From Pachysolen tannophilus NRRL Y-2460 (lineage: Eukaryota): a stretch of DNA of 64,000 bases. The notes under the pieces are model-generated. The model did no database searches. It was not told the DNA's origin and saw only the letters and a program-made list of their open reading frames with translations. A program made the position numbers and the translations under genes. The stretch lies in assembly GCA_001661245.1 (NCBI GenBank), contig KV454013.1:21005-85004 (forward strand), read 5' to 3'. Below are positions 45,781-58,284 of the stretch, piece by piece (position 1 is the first letter of the stretch; each line of letters begins with the position of its first letter).

Positions 45781-46899
45781 ATGGCAACTGCAGAATTAAT
45801 CACTAATATCAAAGATGGTAATACTCGTAAGAGTATTTCTTATGATAAATATGTCGATAGTATTAAACCAATGTATCAAGAATTGGCAAATGTTGATATA
45901 ACGGAAAAATTTAATCCAAAGATTCATTTAAAATTCACTTCAAATGAAATTGAAACCACTTCTCGTTTAACCATGAGTGAATTAGGTATACATGATGAAA
46001 ATGCTATTAGTGAAATTGGTGTTTCAGATCCATTTGCTTTATTCACTGATACAGCTGTTGAAATTATGCGTGCAGAATTATTAAGAGAAGAAGTTTTCAC
46101 TAAATATTCAAGGGTTTCTCATTTATCAACTTCAGGTTTGGATTGTGTTGTTCGTGGTTATGCCAAAGATACTTGTCCATTTACTTATACTGCATGGACA
46201 CATCCACTGACAGTTGCTGCTGTTAGTGCAATGGCTGGTGTTGAATTAGAAGTTATAATGGATTATGAAATTGCTCATATTAACATTGGTATGCAAAGCG
46301 AAGAAATGGCTGAAAACCAATTACTCATGGCAAAGAGAAAGAAATCCATGACTGATAAGTTTGATGATGATATTCCAGCTATTGTAGGTTGGCATAAAGA
46401 TAGTTACCCATTTGTTTGTGTATTAATGCTCAGTGACACTGAAACTTCAATTGGAACTGAAACCTTATTGAAAAAGGGTAATGGTGAAATTATTGGTACT
46501 CCAAACCCTTCAAAGGGTAAAGCTGTGGTTTTACAAGGTGGTTTGATCAATCATCTTGCTCCAAAACCTTTAGGTTTCACAGAAAGAATCACTGCAGTTA
46601 CCTCCTACCGTGCTAAAAACCCAATGACAAAAGATTGCTCTGTCTTGAGATCAGTAAAACCAGAAGTCAACTTTGGTTCCAATTTCAACACTTTTTATCC
46701 AGATTGGGTCAATTACAGAATGAAATTAGTTGCAGAGAAATGTGAATTGATCAAAAACGAAATCGAAAAAGAGGCAAATGAGGGTAAAACTTTTAGAAAA
46801 GAAGACTGGATGCAATCTCTAAAAGATCTAGAAAACTATGTTGCTACAACCTGGAAGGAAATGGTGGTTACCAATGAAGAATATGCTCGTGCTCTTTAG
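45781..46899 (+). CDS. Fungal 2-oxoglutarate/Fe(II) oxygenase-like protein
   Basis: WHKDSYPFVCVLMLSD (HxD), VLQGGLINH, ERITAVTSYR; first ATG at 45781. Confidence 0.75.
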   Translation: MATAELITNIKDGNTRKSISYDKYVDSIKPMYQELANVDITEKFNPKIHLKFTSNEIETTSRLTMSELGIHDENAISEIGVSDPFALFTDTAVEIMRAELLREEVFTKYSRVSHLSTSGLDCVVRGYAKDTCPFTYTAWTHPLTVAAVSAMAGVELEVIMDYEIAHINIGMQSEEMAENQLLMAKRKKSMTDKFDDDIPAIVGWHKDSYPFVCVLMLSDTETSIGTETLLKKGNGEIIGTPNPSKGKAVVLQGGLINHLAPKPLGFTERITAVTSYRAKNPMTKDCSVLRSVKPEVNFGSNFNTFYPDWVNYRMKLVAEKCELIKNEIEKEANEGKTFRKEDWMQSLKDLENYVATTWKEMVVTNEEYARAL

Positions 46900-47346
46900 A
46901 GATAAAGTAATAATGATACTTTTAAAATAAATCTTTTTTTTTTCTTTCCTATTTTTTTTTTATTCTCTTGTGCTATCTTAGATCAACCAAAATCTGATAC
47001 TACTGATACCAAGATCCTCTAGTTAAATATTCTTGTTACTTATGAACCCAATTAAATGATATGATATATAAAATTATACTTCCCCATAGTAATTTCTGCC
47101 CATACTAATTCAGCGCAATAAAAACCAAAAATCAAAGTAGTGCTCAAAATATCAAATTTTGTGCTCACTGTTTTTTTTTGTTTACATTTTAATGTTTTTG
47201 TTTACCGCAATACAACTTTTAATAATTACATTTCTATAAAGTGATGTATCAGTATAAAATAGTAGTTGGTATTGGTTTGGTTGATAGGGAAGAATAGGTG
47301 AAGGGTAAAAATTTTTTTTTCTATTGTTGTTGTTGTTGTTGTTGTT

Positions 47347-48795
47347 ATGCTGGATGCTGGTTTGAAGATGTCTTTTAGTGAAAATCAGTCTTCTTCGGTT
47401 AAAAAATCCGGAGCTTTACATAATCTTAAAGCTTATAATGTTGATTCATCAATTGATACACCGGGTGCAAGTCCATCACAAGAGCAGTTTAGTCATAATG
47501 TGGATCATACGGCGTCGATATCGACACCTTCTCTTAGCTCACCGCCGGGGTTGAGGCAGTCGTCGATATCGCCTTCGAGAAACTTATCTGCTATTCCGCC
47601 GTTACCAATACCTGAGAGTATGGATGTTCAATTAAGATCCACAGTACAGAATCTGAAAAGAAAATTTGATGTGAATAAGTTTAATTTTGGTTCAGAGCTG
47701 AATTTAGAAAATATAGATGATATTAGGGCAAAGCTTGAGTATATTCAACTGAGTTTAAATAATATTGTTGATAGAAGTAAATCAAATAATTCTTATATTA
47801 AAAATTTTGGTATACAATTATCAGAATTTAATGAATGTTTTAAAAAAAGAGAAATTGAAGAAAATGATCTTTTAACAAATACTCTTTTCAAAGAATATTC
47901 AAATGAAAAATTTGAATCATTAATCATTGCTTTAAATGAGTTATCAATTAAGTTATTGGAACCAAAAAATCAAAATAATAATGTTGACCAATTTATTGAA
48001 TTAATTAAAGAATTTTTATCAAAAAATAATAATGAAAATATTTATCAACAATTAATAAATAAAATTGATATATTAAATACTTTTCAAAATGAAAAAGAAT
48101 TAAAATATAATGAAAAAATTTTAGAATTAGAGGAAAAAATTTTATTACAAAAAAATGAATTAGAATTATTAAAGATAAAACAAAATATTGAAAAAGAACC
48201 TATTTTAGAATCAAAATTAAAAGAATATGAATTAAAAGAAGAATTGAATTCTTCAATTGCAGAATTTACTCTGAAAAATACTGAATTACAAGTTAAACAT
48301 ATGGAATTGAAAACTCTTTTACAACATAAAGAGGAACAAGTGGATCAAGTATCCAAGATTTTATTATCAAAAGTTGAAGAACTTCAAAATTTAAAACTTA
48401 AATTTAAAAATTTGAAATCAGAAACAGAATATTACTTAATATCAAGACCTGATAGATCTAGTATAAATCATAACATGTTCGAATTAAAATCTTCTCATCA
48501 CCAATTATTAGATGGTACTGGAAGTTCAGGTTCAGGTTATTCATCTCAACCATCTTCAGCTTCCGGATATACTACAACCTTGGCTCATAGCTCAAAACGA
48601 AACTTTACCGCAAATGATACAATACTATTAAAAGCATCTCATAACTTATCGCCAATAGATATCAACACTCAAAGTTTTAGCTCGTCTGGTTTATCCGTTG
48701 AGAAAAATAAACCATTATCAAACATTAGTCCACAAAAGAAGAAAATACATAATGAAATCGATACGAATAAAGAAAATTATAACGAATTGACATAA
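47347..48795 (+). CDS. Uncharacterised coiled-coil protein with SP/TP-rich ends
   Basis: 482-codon ORF; heptad-rich E/K/L centre; disordered S/P-rich termini; C-terminal KEN. Confidence 0.75.
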   Translation: MLDAGLKMSFSENQSSSVKKSGALHNLKAYNVDSSIDTPGASPSQEQFSHNVDHTASISTPSLSSPPGLRQSSISPSRNLSAIPPLPIPESMDVQLRSTVQNLKRKFDVNKFNFGSELNLENIDDIRAKLEYIQLSLNNIVDRSKSNNSYIKNFGIQLSEFNECFKKREIEENDLLTNTLFKEYSNEKFESLIIALNELSIKLLEPKNQNNNVDQFIELIKEFLSKNNNENIYQQLINKIDILNTFQNEKELKYNEKILELEEKILLQKNELELLKIKQNIEKEPILESKLKEYELKEELNSSIAEFTLKNTELQVKHMELKTLLQHKEEQVDQVSKILLSKVEELQNLKLKFKNLKSETEYYLISRPDRSSINHNMFELKSSHHQLLDGTGSSGSGYSSQPSSASGYTTTLAHSSKRNFTANDTILLKASHNLSPIDINTQSFSSSGLSVEKNKPLSNISPQKKKIHNEIDTNKENYNELT

Positions 48796-49127
48796 AACCA
48801 GCCCCATCCTGAGAGCGCAAAGCTTTTGATAACCATTTAGCTAAGAGGATATAGTTTTTTATTTTTGTACAAGTCTCAATATATTAAATAACTACCGTTT
48901 AATTTGTATTGTATAATAAAAAAAAAAATTTCTTAAAAAAAAATAAAATAAAAAAACATAAAAAATATCATGAGCTACTTTAAATATAAACATAATTACA
49001 TGTAAATAAAACAGTTTAATTAATTGAAGGAACAAACATAGAGATAGTTTTTGATTCATCGATAAAGTAATCTTTGCTCATCTATTATTTAGGTCTTCGT
49101 TTATATGAAATAAGGAAATTAAACAGA

Positions 49128-50738
49128 ATGTCTAATAATAAGGATGTTAATTTGAGACCGTATTATAAACCTGTGGAATTTAATCATAATTTATATGAAG
49201 TAGGTTATAATGCCGCTGATGGAGTAATCGATCATAGAACTGGTAAGCCCATTTCAGCATCACTTCCAACTACTTTACAATTCAATAATAATAATGGTCA
49301 TCATCATGGGAACATTACTTCAATAGGTTTAGCAAACAGCAATGGTATTAGAACTTTAAATAAGGGTAAAATTAGTACGATACATGATGCTAACTCATCT
49401 TCAGTTTCAGACAAGAATATGTATTCAGATTTGGAGTTTCAAGAATATTTTGATTATAACAATTTGAGAGAATTAATAAAATCATTGATAAACTCATTTA
49501 TCAAAAATTATGTTAGAATATTAATAAGTCAGCCATTTGAAGTTTCTAAATTGCTTTTACAAGTTGGTTCTTTCAATACATCTATAGAACCTAAAAATGT
49601 TGGCTACCAAGAAAAGAAATACTTGGATAGTTTGAGTGATGTTGGAGATGATGAGGAAGATGATGAGAATGATGAAATTGATTTTTTCGTACTGGCCCCG
49701 GATGAACAAGATTATTCAATGTTAACTTCTAGTCCAAAAGATGATAGTAAGAAACAACATTCTAGACGTAAGTCCAATATCGAGAGATCTGTCCCAACCA
49801 TAAAAGTTGCAAAAGATAAATCCAAGGCATTAAAAAGACAAGGAAGACATCATATACAACCATTATCACTACATACAATTGATATTATGTCCTCATTATT
49901 ATCTAAAGAAGGTACAAAGGGTTTATGGAGATCTATAAACACTTCCTTTATCTATCAGACGTTGTCAAATACTATAGAAGCATGGCTTACAGGATTTTTA
50001 TCTCCATTATTAAATATTCCAGATCCATTTTTCATTGATATTATACATTCATCTAATCCTTTCAAGAGTTTATGTTTGAGTATAGTTGCTGGTGTCTTGA
50101 CAGGTTTGGTATTACAGCCAGTTGAATTGATCAAATTTAAATTCAGTGTTACTTCAACCAATTTAAATTTTGCAAAAAGATCATTTAGGAAGACAATAAC
50201 TTCTTTTGAACCTAAAAATTTCTTGATTCCTTACTCTTTAATTTTACCAGCATTTAATTATTTTTTGTCTGCAAATTTCATTAAAAAATATGTTCCTTAT
50301 TTGTTATTCACAAAATTCAACATAGATAATTATACGTCACCTGTGTTATATTCAGCTACCACGCTTTTAACATCGATATCAGAATTATTTATTAAATTAC
50401 CTTTAGAATTATTGTTAAGACGTGCTCAGTTTAATTACTTGTTAAATGATGAAACTTGTAACGAAGCATTAAAAATTGAAAAAGATGAATTGAGTGTAAA
50501 GTTTGGTGGCTACTATGGATATTTACCAACTTTATATTACGTTTATAAAGGTACAAGACCTCACTATATTGAAGAATCGGATGACAATTATGATGATTTT
50601 GACAAAGAAAATGAAAATAAAGGTTTCGAGGCAATATTTAGAGGTTGGAGAGTTGGTTTGCTAAATGTCTTGGGAAGCTGGGGTGCTGGTGTTTTAAAAA
50701 ATAATTTTGATGAGAACACAAAAGAGGAAAGATTTTGA
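49128..50738 (+). CDS. UGO1: Mitochondrial fusion protein Ugo1
   Basis: LRPYY N-terminal motif, SQPFEV..LLQVG, EGTKGLWR, KLPLE..LRRAQ, FRGWRVG; first ATG at 49128. Confidence 0.9.
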   Translation: MSNNKDVNLRPYYKPVEFNHNLYEVGYNAADGVIDHRTGKPISASLPTTLQFNNNNGHHHGNITSIGLANSNGIRTLNKGKISTIHDANSSSVSDKNMYSDLEFQEYFDYNNLRELIKSLINSFIKNYVRILISQPFEVSKLLLQVGSFNTSIEPKNVGYQEKKYLDSLSDVGDDEEDDENDEIDFFVLAPDEQDYSMLTSSPKDDSKKQHSRRKSNIERSVPTIKVAKDKSKALKRQGRHHIQPLSLHTIDIMSSLLSKEGTKGLWRSINTSFIYQTLSNTIEAWLTGFLSPLLNIPDPFFIDIIHSSNPFKSLCLSIVAGVLTGLVLQPVELIKFKFSVTSTNLNFAKRSFRKTITSFEPKNFLIPYSLILPAFNYFLSANFIKKYVPYLLFTKFNIDNYTSPVLYSATTLLTSISELFIKLPLELLLRRAQFNYLLNDETCNEALKIEKDELSVKFGGYYGYLPTLYYVYKGTRPHYIEESDDNYDDFDKENENKGFEAIFRGWRVGLLNVLGSWGAGVLKNNFDENTKEERF

Positions 50739-50979
50739 AAAGCTGTAGTTATTTTTTCTTATTTTCTGTTTATGTATATATTTTATTAGGATTGATAAAA
50801 ACTTTCCTATTCTCTTTTTTTTTATTTTTTTTTATTGCTTTATTTCTATGATGAGTATGATAGTGATTTATTATGAATGATTAATTAATTATTTAGTAAA
50901 GTAACTACAATGATTTGTGTCCAATATTGATTTCTTTGTTTCTTTTTTCTTTATTTCTTTTTTTTTTTCATTCTATATG

Positions 50980-51609
50980 TTAACTATCTTCCATTTTAAC
51001 GTTACCTTCTTCATCTTCTGCTTTAATTGCTTGATCTTGAGTTTGTTGATGATTTTCCTGTTTCTTCTTCAATTCTTCCTCTTCTTTGCCTTTAGTAATC
51101 AACCATTCTCCTAACCATTGCAACGGGTGTTCAGGTTTAACTCTTCCCAATTCTGCAAGTCCGTCTTTCAAATGAAGAGTAACATTCTCGTTGAAATATC
51201 GCCGTAACATAGAACCACCAACAATATCTGCCTTATTCAACCCTTTCGGTATTTCCAAAGTGGCTGCCTTAGCTGTAGGAGTGGAACCTCGATGTTGCTT
51301 AGTTGTATTATTATTAATATTATTATTAAAACTATGATTCCCTCCATTATTACTACCGGTATTACTTGTGACTTGATGCCTTTGTCCACCCAGAGAAATA
51401 GAATCAGGTTGTAAGCCAATCTCAATTGTTGATGTAGTCAATTGCTGTGGCACTGGTGTTGTACTAGCAGATTCCAATTGATCTACTGTTGTTGCACTGT
51501 TTACCTGTTGTGTCTCGACCGGTGGTGGTGAAACAGTCCTATCACCACCACTAGATTCACCAACATTATTATCCTCACTATTCTTACTGATCAAATTGGA
51601 CAATTCCAT
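50980..51609 (-). CDS. SDC1: COMPASS subunit Sdc1 (Dpy-30 domain)
   Basis: VGGSMLRRYFNENVTLHL..GL...KPEHPLQWLGEWL. Confidence 0.9.
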   Translation of the reverse strand: MELSNLISKNSEDNNVGESSGGDRTVSPPPVETQQVNSATTVDQLESASTTPVPQQLTTSTIEIGLQPDSISLGGQRHQVTSNTGSNNGGNHSFNNNINNNTTKQHRGSTPTAKAATLEIPKGLNKADIVGGSMLRRYFNENVTLHLKDGLAELGRVKPEHPLQWLGEWLITKGKEEEELKKKQENHQQTQDQAIKAEDEEGNVKMEDS

Positions 51610-52242
51610 TTTATTCTTACTTGCGAGAAACTCTGATCTCTTTGGTTTAAACTCTAAATAACAAATAGTAATATTTAAACGTTATTTTTGAATAAATGTG
51701 AATTATATTGAAATGTAAGCTCAACACTACTTTTAAACGGTTGAAAAAAAAAAATACGAAACCAGTTTTCAAAAAATAACTATTAATTGAACTTCTTGTA
51801 AATGGTATTTATTATTAATTTATTATAGATAGCTATTTATTAATTACTATATTTGCTATGATTAGGTGAAAACTTCCATAAAAAACCAAAAAAAAAAGAG
51901 AAAAATAAATAAAATCAAAATAAATGAAAACTATCAACAAGGAAAAGCAAAAACAATCATTAATTAAGTGTTGAAAGTTCCATTTACCGAAACAAAATTC
52001 AAAGAATTACCAAGAACTTGCGAAAAAAAGGGAAGAATAAAAAAAAAATGTATACAGCAAACACTCTCAACTAAAAAACAAAAAAGCATTTATTTTTATT
52101 TCCATTGACCAAACAACTCTGCTAAGTTAAGTTTCTTTTTTTTTTTTTTTTTTTTTTCGTTTTTTTTTATATAAATTATCATTTTATTATGGGTTTCTCC
52201 TTTTTTTTTTTCTTTTTTTTTGTTTTTGTTGGTCTATTTTCT

Positions 52243-53749
52243 TTAATCTGAGATATCACTGATAAAAGTCACCTCACAATAAGCGACTCCATCTTCCTCA
52301 ACAGTTTCCAATCCATCACCATGACTGCTTAAATGAAGTTTGTTACAAAATTGATAAATATAAGGTTTAGTGCCAACAACACCATTGACAAAATTTTTAA
52401 CAAAAGTTGGAATTTCTGCCATAACATCAACTCTTTCACTTAAATTACCTAAATCACCTTTAACAATAGTTTCAACTTTAGTAGCTTTACCATTTTCAAT
52501 ATCTTCTTCTAAAGTGTTTGTATTTAAGAAACCTTTCAAAATAAATTCAATTTTATGAGGTACTGGCCAACCAACACTATCAATTTTGGATTCTAAATGG
52601 TTGATCTTATTATCAATAGTACAACTTATAATATTTGATTCATCTGTAACAATACCAACAGAAACATTTGTTCTATCATAAGATTTTGGAGTTGTAAAAT
52701 CCATTACAACAACCGAATGTTTTGGAGAGATGAAATTCATAAAATTCCAAGAAGCAGCAGCATGATGTGGTTTCATACCTTGTAATGCCATAACAAACAT
52801 TGATATACCATTAATTGGACGAATAATTGGATCTTTTTTCTCAATTTTTTTTTCAATCTCAATTTGATCCTGTTGTTCAGATTTTTTATCACCATCAACA
52901 TCATCATCATTCTTGTTATTATCTTTTACTTCTTCTTCTTCTTCAAGTAAAATTTCTTTTTCTTCAAGTTTAATAACACCATTTACATTACATCTTGGCC
53001 AAAAAACATGTCTCATTAAACCCCATGGTTCATTAATATCATCACCATAATACGTCGTGCCGTCTTTCCCAAATTTCACGCCTTGTACTGTTTTATTAAT
53101 AGTTAAATCAATAGAAACCTCATCAGATGCGTTACTTTCAAAATGTAAAGAATTTCCATCTTCACTTAATTCAACTTTTAAATTTTTAGCATAAAAATTT
53201 GTACCTTCAATTCTAAAATCTTCTAATTTTGTTGATGTCCAAACATAATCATCTGGAGTATCTTTATGAAATATTTTAAAAGTTTGTTGAGCAGTAGTAT
53301 ACAATCCAATAACAGTTGAATGAATGATCTGTGCAAATCCCATATATCCGGTTTCAAAACATGTAAAATAAAAAGTTTGAGTTTCAACATTTGTAGTATC
53401 AGGATGTAACCATTTTAAATCATCAGCAGTTAATGTACTAAAAGTTTTCTTATTTTCTAAACCATCTGTAACCGGATGAATCGCCTCCCTACCATACAGC
53501 GGCTCAGCTAACCCAGTAACCGCTGAAATACTATTCATATAAATTGATATTGTCTTGTTAGCATTGTCACATATTCATAATAAACAGAATAATTTTTAAA
53601 ACCAAAAAAAAAGATAAACCACAAATTGCTTTGCCTTTTTTAAAATTTTTAAAAAATATAAAAGAAAGAAAAAAAAACAATAACAATTCAAAAAATAATT
53701 TAAGATAAAAATCAATTAAAACTTACCCAGACTGAACCCATCTAAGCAT
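52243..53749 (-). CDS. SVF1: Survival factor Svf1, two exons
   Basis: Exon 1 53749-53727 (MLRWVQSG); intron 53726-53531 (GTAAGT, variant branch TGCTAAC 53563-53557, TAG); TNVETQTFYF, MRHVFWPR, ALQGMKPHHAA..WNF. Confidence 0.93.
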
Positions 53750-54314
53750 CTTATAAATTCAATATATATTTATATATCAACCAATCAAGTCTAAAGATAA
53801 CCGCTGTTGAAATTAATTATTAATCTATTATATTTCCAACACTAAATCAAATATATATATTTATATATATATATATATATATAAGTATTATTATTACCGA
53901 GAAAAAATTTTTTTTTTTCTTTTTATTTTATTTTTCTTTGCTAAAAAGTTGAGATGCTATGAAACCGGCAAAACCCCCTACACCAGCAAGCAAACCAATT
54001 TTTAATTAATTAATTTATTAATTTATTAATTTGATTTTAATACTTATTTTATTTTATTTATTGAATAATAGTTACTTAGTGATATAAATGATAAAATGTT
54101 TAAAATGTAAAAATACTAATTAGTTAATAAATAATAGGCATTTCTTAAAACCAATCCTCTTCATTGAACAGTGTATGCTCTGAATAAAAAAAACACAAAA
54201 TGAAATAATGTAAAGATGATAACTTTCTTAAGATAAAAGTAAACGGAATATTTGTTGTCTTCTGGTTAACGGTGTTATTAGTTAATTTTTCTTTTTTTTA
54301 ATTTATTTTCTTTT

Positions 54315-54359
<45 letters not shown>

Positions 54360-54864
54360 NNNNNNNNNNNNNNNNNNNNNNNNNNNNNNNNNNNNNNNNN
54401 NNNNNNNNNNNNNNNNNNNNNNNNNNNNNNNNNNNNNNNNNNNNNNNNNNNNNNNNNNNNNNNNNNNNNNNNNNNNNNNNNNNNNNNNNNNNNNNNNNNN
54501 NNNNNNNNNNNNNNNNNNNNNNNNNNNNNNNNNNNNNNNNNNNNNNNNNNNNNNNNNNNNNNNNNNNNNNNNNNNNNNNNNNNNNNNNNNNNNNNNNNNN
54601 NNNNNNNNNNNNNNNNNNNNNNNNNNNNNNNNNNNNNNNNNNNNNNNNNNNNNNNNNNNNNNNNNNNNNNNNNNNNNNNNNNNNNNNNNNNNNNNNNNNN
54701 NNNNNNNNNNNNNNNNNNNNNNNNNNNNNNNNNNNNNNNNNNNNNNNNNNNNNNNNNNNNNNNNNNNNNNNNNNNNNNNNNNNNNNNNNNNNNNNNNNNN
54801 NNNNNNNNNNNNNNNNNNNNNNNNNNNNNNNNNNNNNNNNNNNNNNNNNNNNNNNNNNNNNNNN
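54360..54864. other. Assembly gap (505 N) flanked by long poly(T)
   Basis: Run of N between homopolymers. Confidence 0.99.
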
Positions 54865-54908
<44 letters not shown>

Positions 54909-55234
54909 TTGTTGTTGCTTCTTTTTCAATTTTTTTTTTCAATTTTTTAATTTTTGCCTTTTTGTGAGTTTTCAATTTTGGTTAAATTTAAAAACTGATG
55001 TTCTTTGATATATTGTCAATTTGTCATTACTCGCTGATGATATGTTTCAAATGGACGACTGTGTTCAAAATTATGATAAATACAAAAGAAAAAGGTAAAG
55101 CAACAACAGTATAAAAGAAAAGCTCAACCATTATTTTTCTAAAAAAACACAACAAGAAAAAAAGAGAAAAGAAAAATTAAAATTAGAGTTAAAAGATAAA
55201 GAAATAAAAATTACAGTCATGTGTTTCTTTATTC

Positions 55235-56836
55235 TTAGTTATCTTGTGTATAGACATTATCACCTTCTTCTTCTTCTTCTTCATCCTCCTCATCCTCGTC
55301 TTCGTCCTCGTCATCTTCTTCTTCTTCAGCAGCTGCTTCGGCTGAAGAAGAATATTCACTATCGTATATTAAACTAGCATCAAAATATAATGAAGGATCT
55401 AATGCACTGATATCACAACTCTGGGCCTTACCGTCCAATAATAATTCACTCATTAATAATCCTGTTGCTGGTGCATTATTTATCCCCCAACATGAATGAC
55501 CAGAAGCTAAGTATAAGTTTTTAACATTAGTTTCACCTATTAATGGACCTGATGAAGATGGAATATCTAATACTGGTAAATAACAAGCTTGCCTTTTCAA
55601 AATTTTACCCAACCCTAAATTAGTCGATACTCTGGAAACATATTTAAATAATTCATCACATTTCTCCGCAACAATTTCAACATCATCTGTTGTTTCTGGA
55701 ATAGGTACTGATGTATCACCTTCACCACATATATAAACTTCATCTTTTCTTGCATACATTTCAGGAGAAACAAATTTTGTCTTACTCATTTTTAATTCTG
55801 TAAAAATTGCATATGGTGAAACTTTTGTTGAATCTTGTGGAGCAACTGTAATTGAATGAGCTCTTAATCCAGAAATAGGACAATCTGGTAAAATTTTAGA
55901 TGTCCAAGGACCAATTGTTAGTACAATATGATCACCATGAAGTTCTAATTTTGATTGATCAATTTTATCATATGTTGCTTTAGTAGATGATGGATAATAA
56001 GAAACACCATTACATTCACTTGTTTCTTCATCAAATAAAATATCATCAACTTTACCAATTATTAATTCCACAGCACCAGTTTCAATACATTTTCTTAATA
56101 TAAAAGTTGTAAATTGATATGGATGAACTTGAGCTGTTGTAGATTCATTTCCTAAATGATTCCATTCTTTAATAATTCCAGGATTAATCCAATTTAAATC
56201 AGCAGGAAGTTGTGGAAATTGTTCAGATGCATTTTCAATTCTAATTGAATTTTTCTTTATAGTAGTTTTTGTTCTTTTATTATTTTTATGTTCATGATGA
56301 TGATCCAACAGTCCAGCAGTATCATTTGAAGAAGAAGTTTCTGAAACACTTGAAATATCAGAAGATAATTCTGGAACATCTTCTGTATCCACTTCTTGAT
56401 TCATCGGTATACTTTTAGGACTAGTTACTTCTTGTGTCAATAATTCTTTAGCTGTATTAGTAGAACTAATATCACCTTCTAATGAAATAGTAGTTAATCT
56501 TCTATAACCCCATTCTTTCTCTCCACCAAATTCATCACTCAAATCATTATGTAATTTAAAAGATAATGGAACTATTTGTTGTGGGAAAGCCCAAAGCGCC
56601 AATAATCCTCCTGCTTTACCACTAGCACCACCTGCAACTCTTTTACTCTCTATAATAGTTATATGATGTGTCTTTGGATCAAAATTTGGATGTCTTGTCA
56701 AATAAAAAGCAGTACACACACCAATAATACCTGCACCTACTATTATAATATGTTTTTTACCTTTATGTTTTCCCGAAGCAAATGAAGAATAAGCCTGATA
56801 TTCAGGTGTTGGTTGTTTCGCTGTTGTTTCCGGCAT
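55235..56836 (-). CDS. TDA3: FAD-dependent oxidoreductase Tda3/Btn3
   Basis: IVGAGIIGVCTAFYL, GGASGKAGGLLA, TTAQVHPY, GHSCWGINNAPATG. Confidence 0.9.
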   Translation of the reverse strand: MPETTAKQPTPEYQAYSSFASGKHKGKKHIIIVGAGIIGVCTAFYLTRHPNFDPKTHHITIIESKRVAGGASGKAGGLLALWAFPQQIVPLSFKLHNDLSDEFGGEKEWGYRRLTTISLEGDISSTNTAKELLTQEVTSPKSIPMNQEVDTEDVPELSSDISSVSETSSSNDTAGLLDHHHEHKNNKRTKTTIKKNSIRIENASEQFPQLPADLNWINPGIIKEWNHLGNESTTAQVHPYQFTTFILRKCIETGAVELIIGKVDDILFDEETSECNGVSYYPSSTKATYDKIDQSKLELHGDHIVLTIGPWTSKILPDCPISGLRAHSITVAPQDSTKVSPYAIFTELKMSKTKFVSPEMYARKDEVYICGEGDTSVPIPETTDDVEIVAEKCDELFKYVSRVSTNLGLGKILKRQACYLPVLDIPSSSGPLIGETNVKNLYLASGHSCWGINNAPATGLLMSELLLDGKAQSCDISALDPSLYFDASLIYDSEYSSSAEAAAEEEEDDEDEDEDEEDEEEEEEGDNVYTQDN

Positions 56837-57502
56837 ACTGGAAAAAGAAAAACAAAAAATTAATAATAATATTTTATCTATCTATCAATACAATCAATAT
56901 CAACTTTCTTTCCATCCACTATAATTTTTAATATAATTTCGAAATAAAAGAAAAGAAAAGAAATTAAAAAATAAATTTTTTTTTTTTAATTTTTTTAAAT
57001 GTTTCTTTTATTTCTCTCTTTTGTTTCTTTTTACCTGATTAATTTAAAAAGGGAGCGGATTAATTTAAATAAAGTTTTTAAGTTGAATTTTTAAATGTTC
57101 AATTTCAAAAGAAGAAAAAAAAAAAAAGACTTTGTTATAATATATAAAAAGCCCGATATAAATGAGAGTTTCCTTTTTATGTTATCTATGAACCAACCAA
57201 CTTCTGTCTTTTTTTTCCTTTAAAATGAAATAAATGAATTAATTGGAAAAATTGGAATAATTGAATTAATTGAATTAAATGAAATAATTGAAATAACTGA
57301 GTTTTTTTTTTCTTCTTTTTGCTTTTTTTTTGTCTCTCGTTTTTTTCTTACTTTTCTTTGAAAAAACTTTGTAATCTAGAATATAAATTAAGTTAATTAA
57401 GTTAAATTAAAAAATAAGATAAAATAAAATAAAAATGGCCTGTTTCTAATAAATATAAATACAGATAAATATATACATATACATTTAAATATATATATTT
57501 AT

Positions 57503-57534
<32 letters not shown>

Positions 57535-58284
57535 CTTTATATATATATATAATATATAACACAATTACAAGTATAAAAGTGTTACAGATCTACAATTTGA
57601 AAAAATAAAAAAAAAAAGATGTTATTAAAGACTCTTGTGCCCTACTTGCTTTCATACATTTTATTTTTTTTTCTCTTCTTTCTCTATATTATTTTCAATG
57701 GTATTGGTTTTCTATATATAAAAAGTGTGTATTATACAAAAATCAGTTGATTTTTAATTTAGTCCTCCTGCAGACAAACCTTGGCCATAGCAATTCAGAT
57801 ATTCCCGGTATTAACGTAAAGAATGAAAAAACCCGCTTAATGAGCCGTATAGTTACCATCTAGTATTAGTATTAGTATGTAAATAATTTTTTTATTTTTT
57901 ATTTTTTTTTCTGTTCTTTCCTTCATGTACTCTATTTTAAAATTGTTTCATAGTGTCTTAACCTTAGTTGCAAAAATAGTTTCAACATTTAAACGTTAAT
58001 TTAGTTAATCGAACGGATACTAAAATAAAAAATATAAAATGAAAACAAAAATGCAATTTATGACAGGTTTTACTTACAGGCATTAGATCATCTCCACCGC
58101 ATCTACTTACTAAAGATGATTTCTTTTTCTTTCTTTTTGTTTTTTTTTTTTTTTTTTGTTTCTGTCTGCTGGGCGGAGCAAATCGTTTAAAATGAGGAGG
58201 AGGAGGAGGAAAAAAAAAAAAAAAAAATTAAAAAAAAAATTATAAAGAAACTTCTCCGAGTAGGAAATATTTTTTAATAAATTT

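Noticed and set aside
54298..54975. Poly-Lys/X ORFs in the ORF track
   Set aside because: Artefacts of poly(T) runs and the N gap
57744..58110. Minus-strand GTAAGT donors, TACTAAT repeats and a 38-codon ORF upstream of TDA3
   Set aside because: The branch-like motifs are part of a TAGTAT repeat and the peptide resembles nothing recognisable
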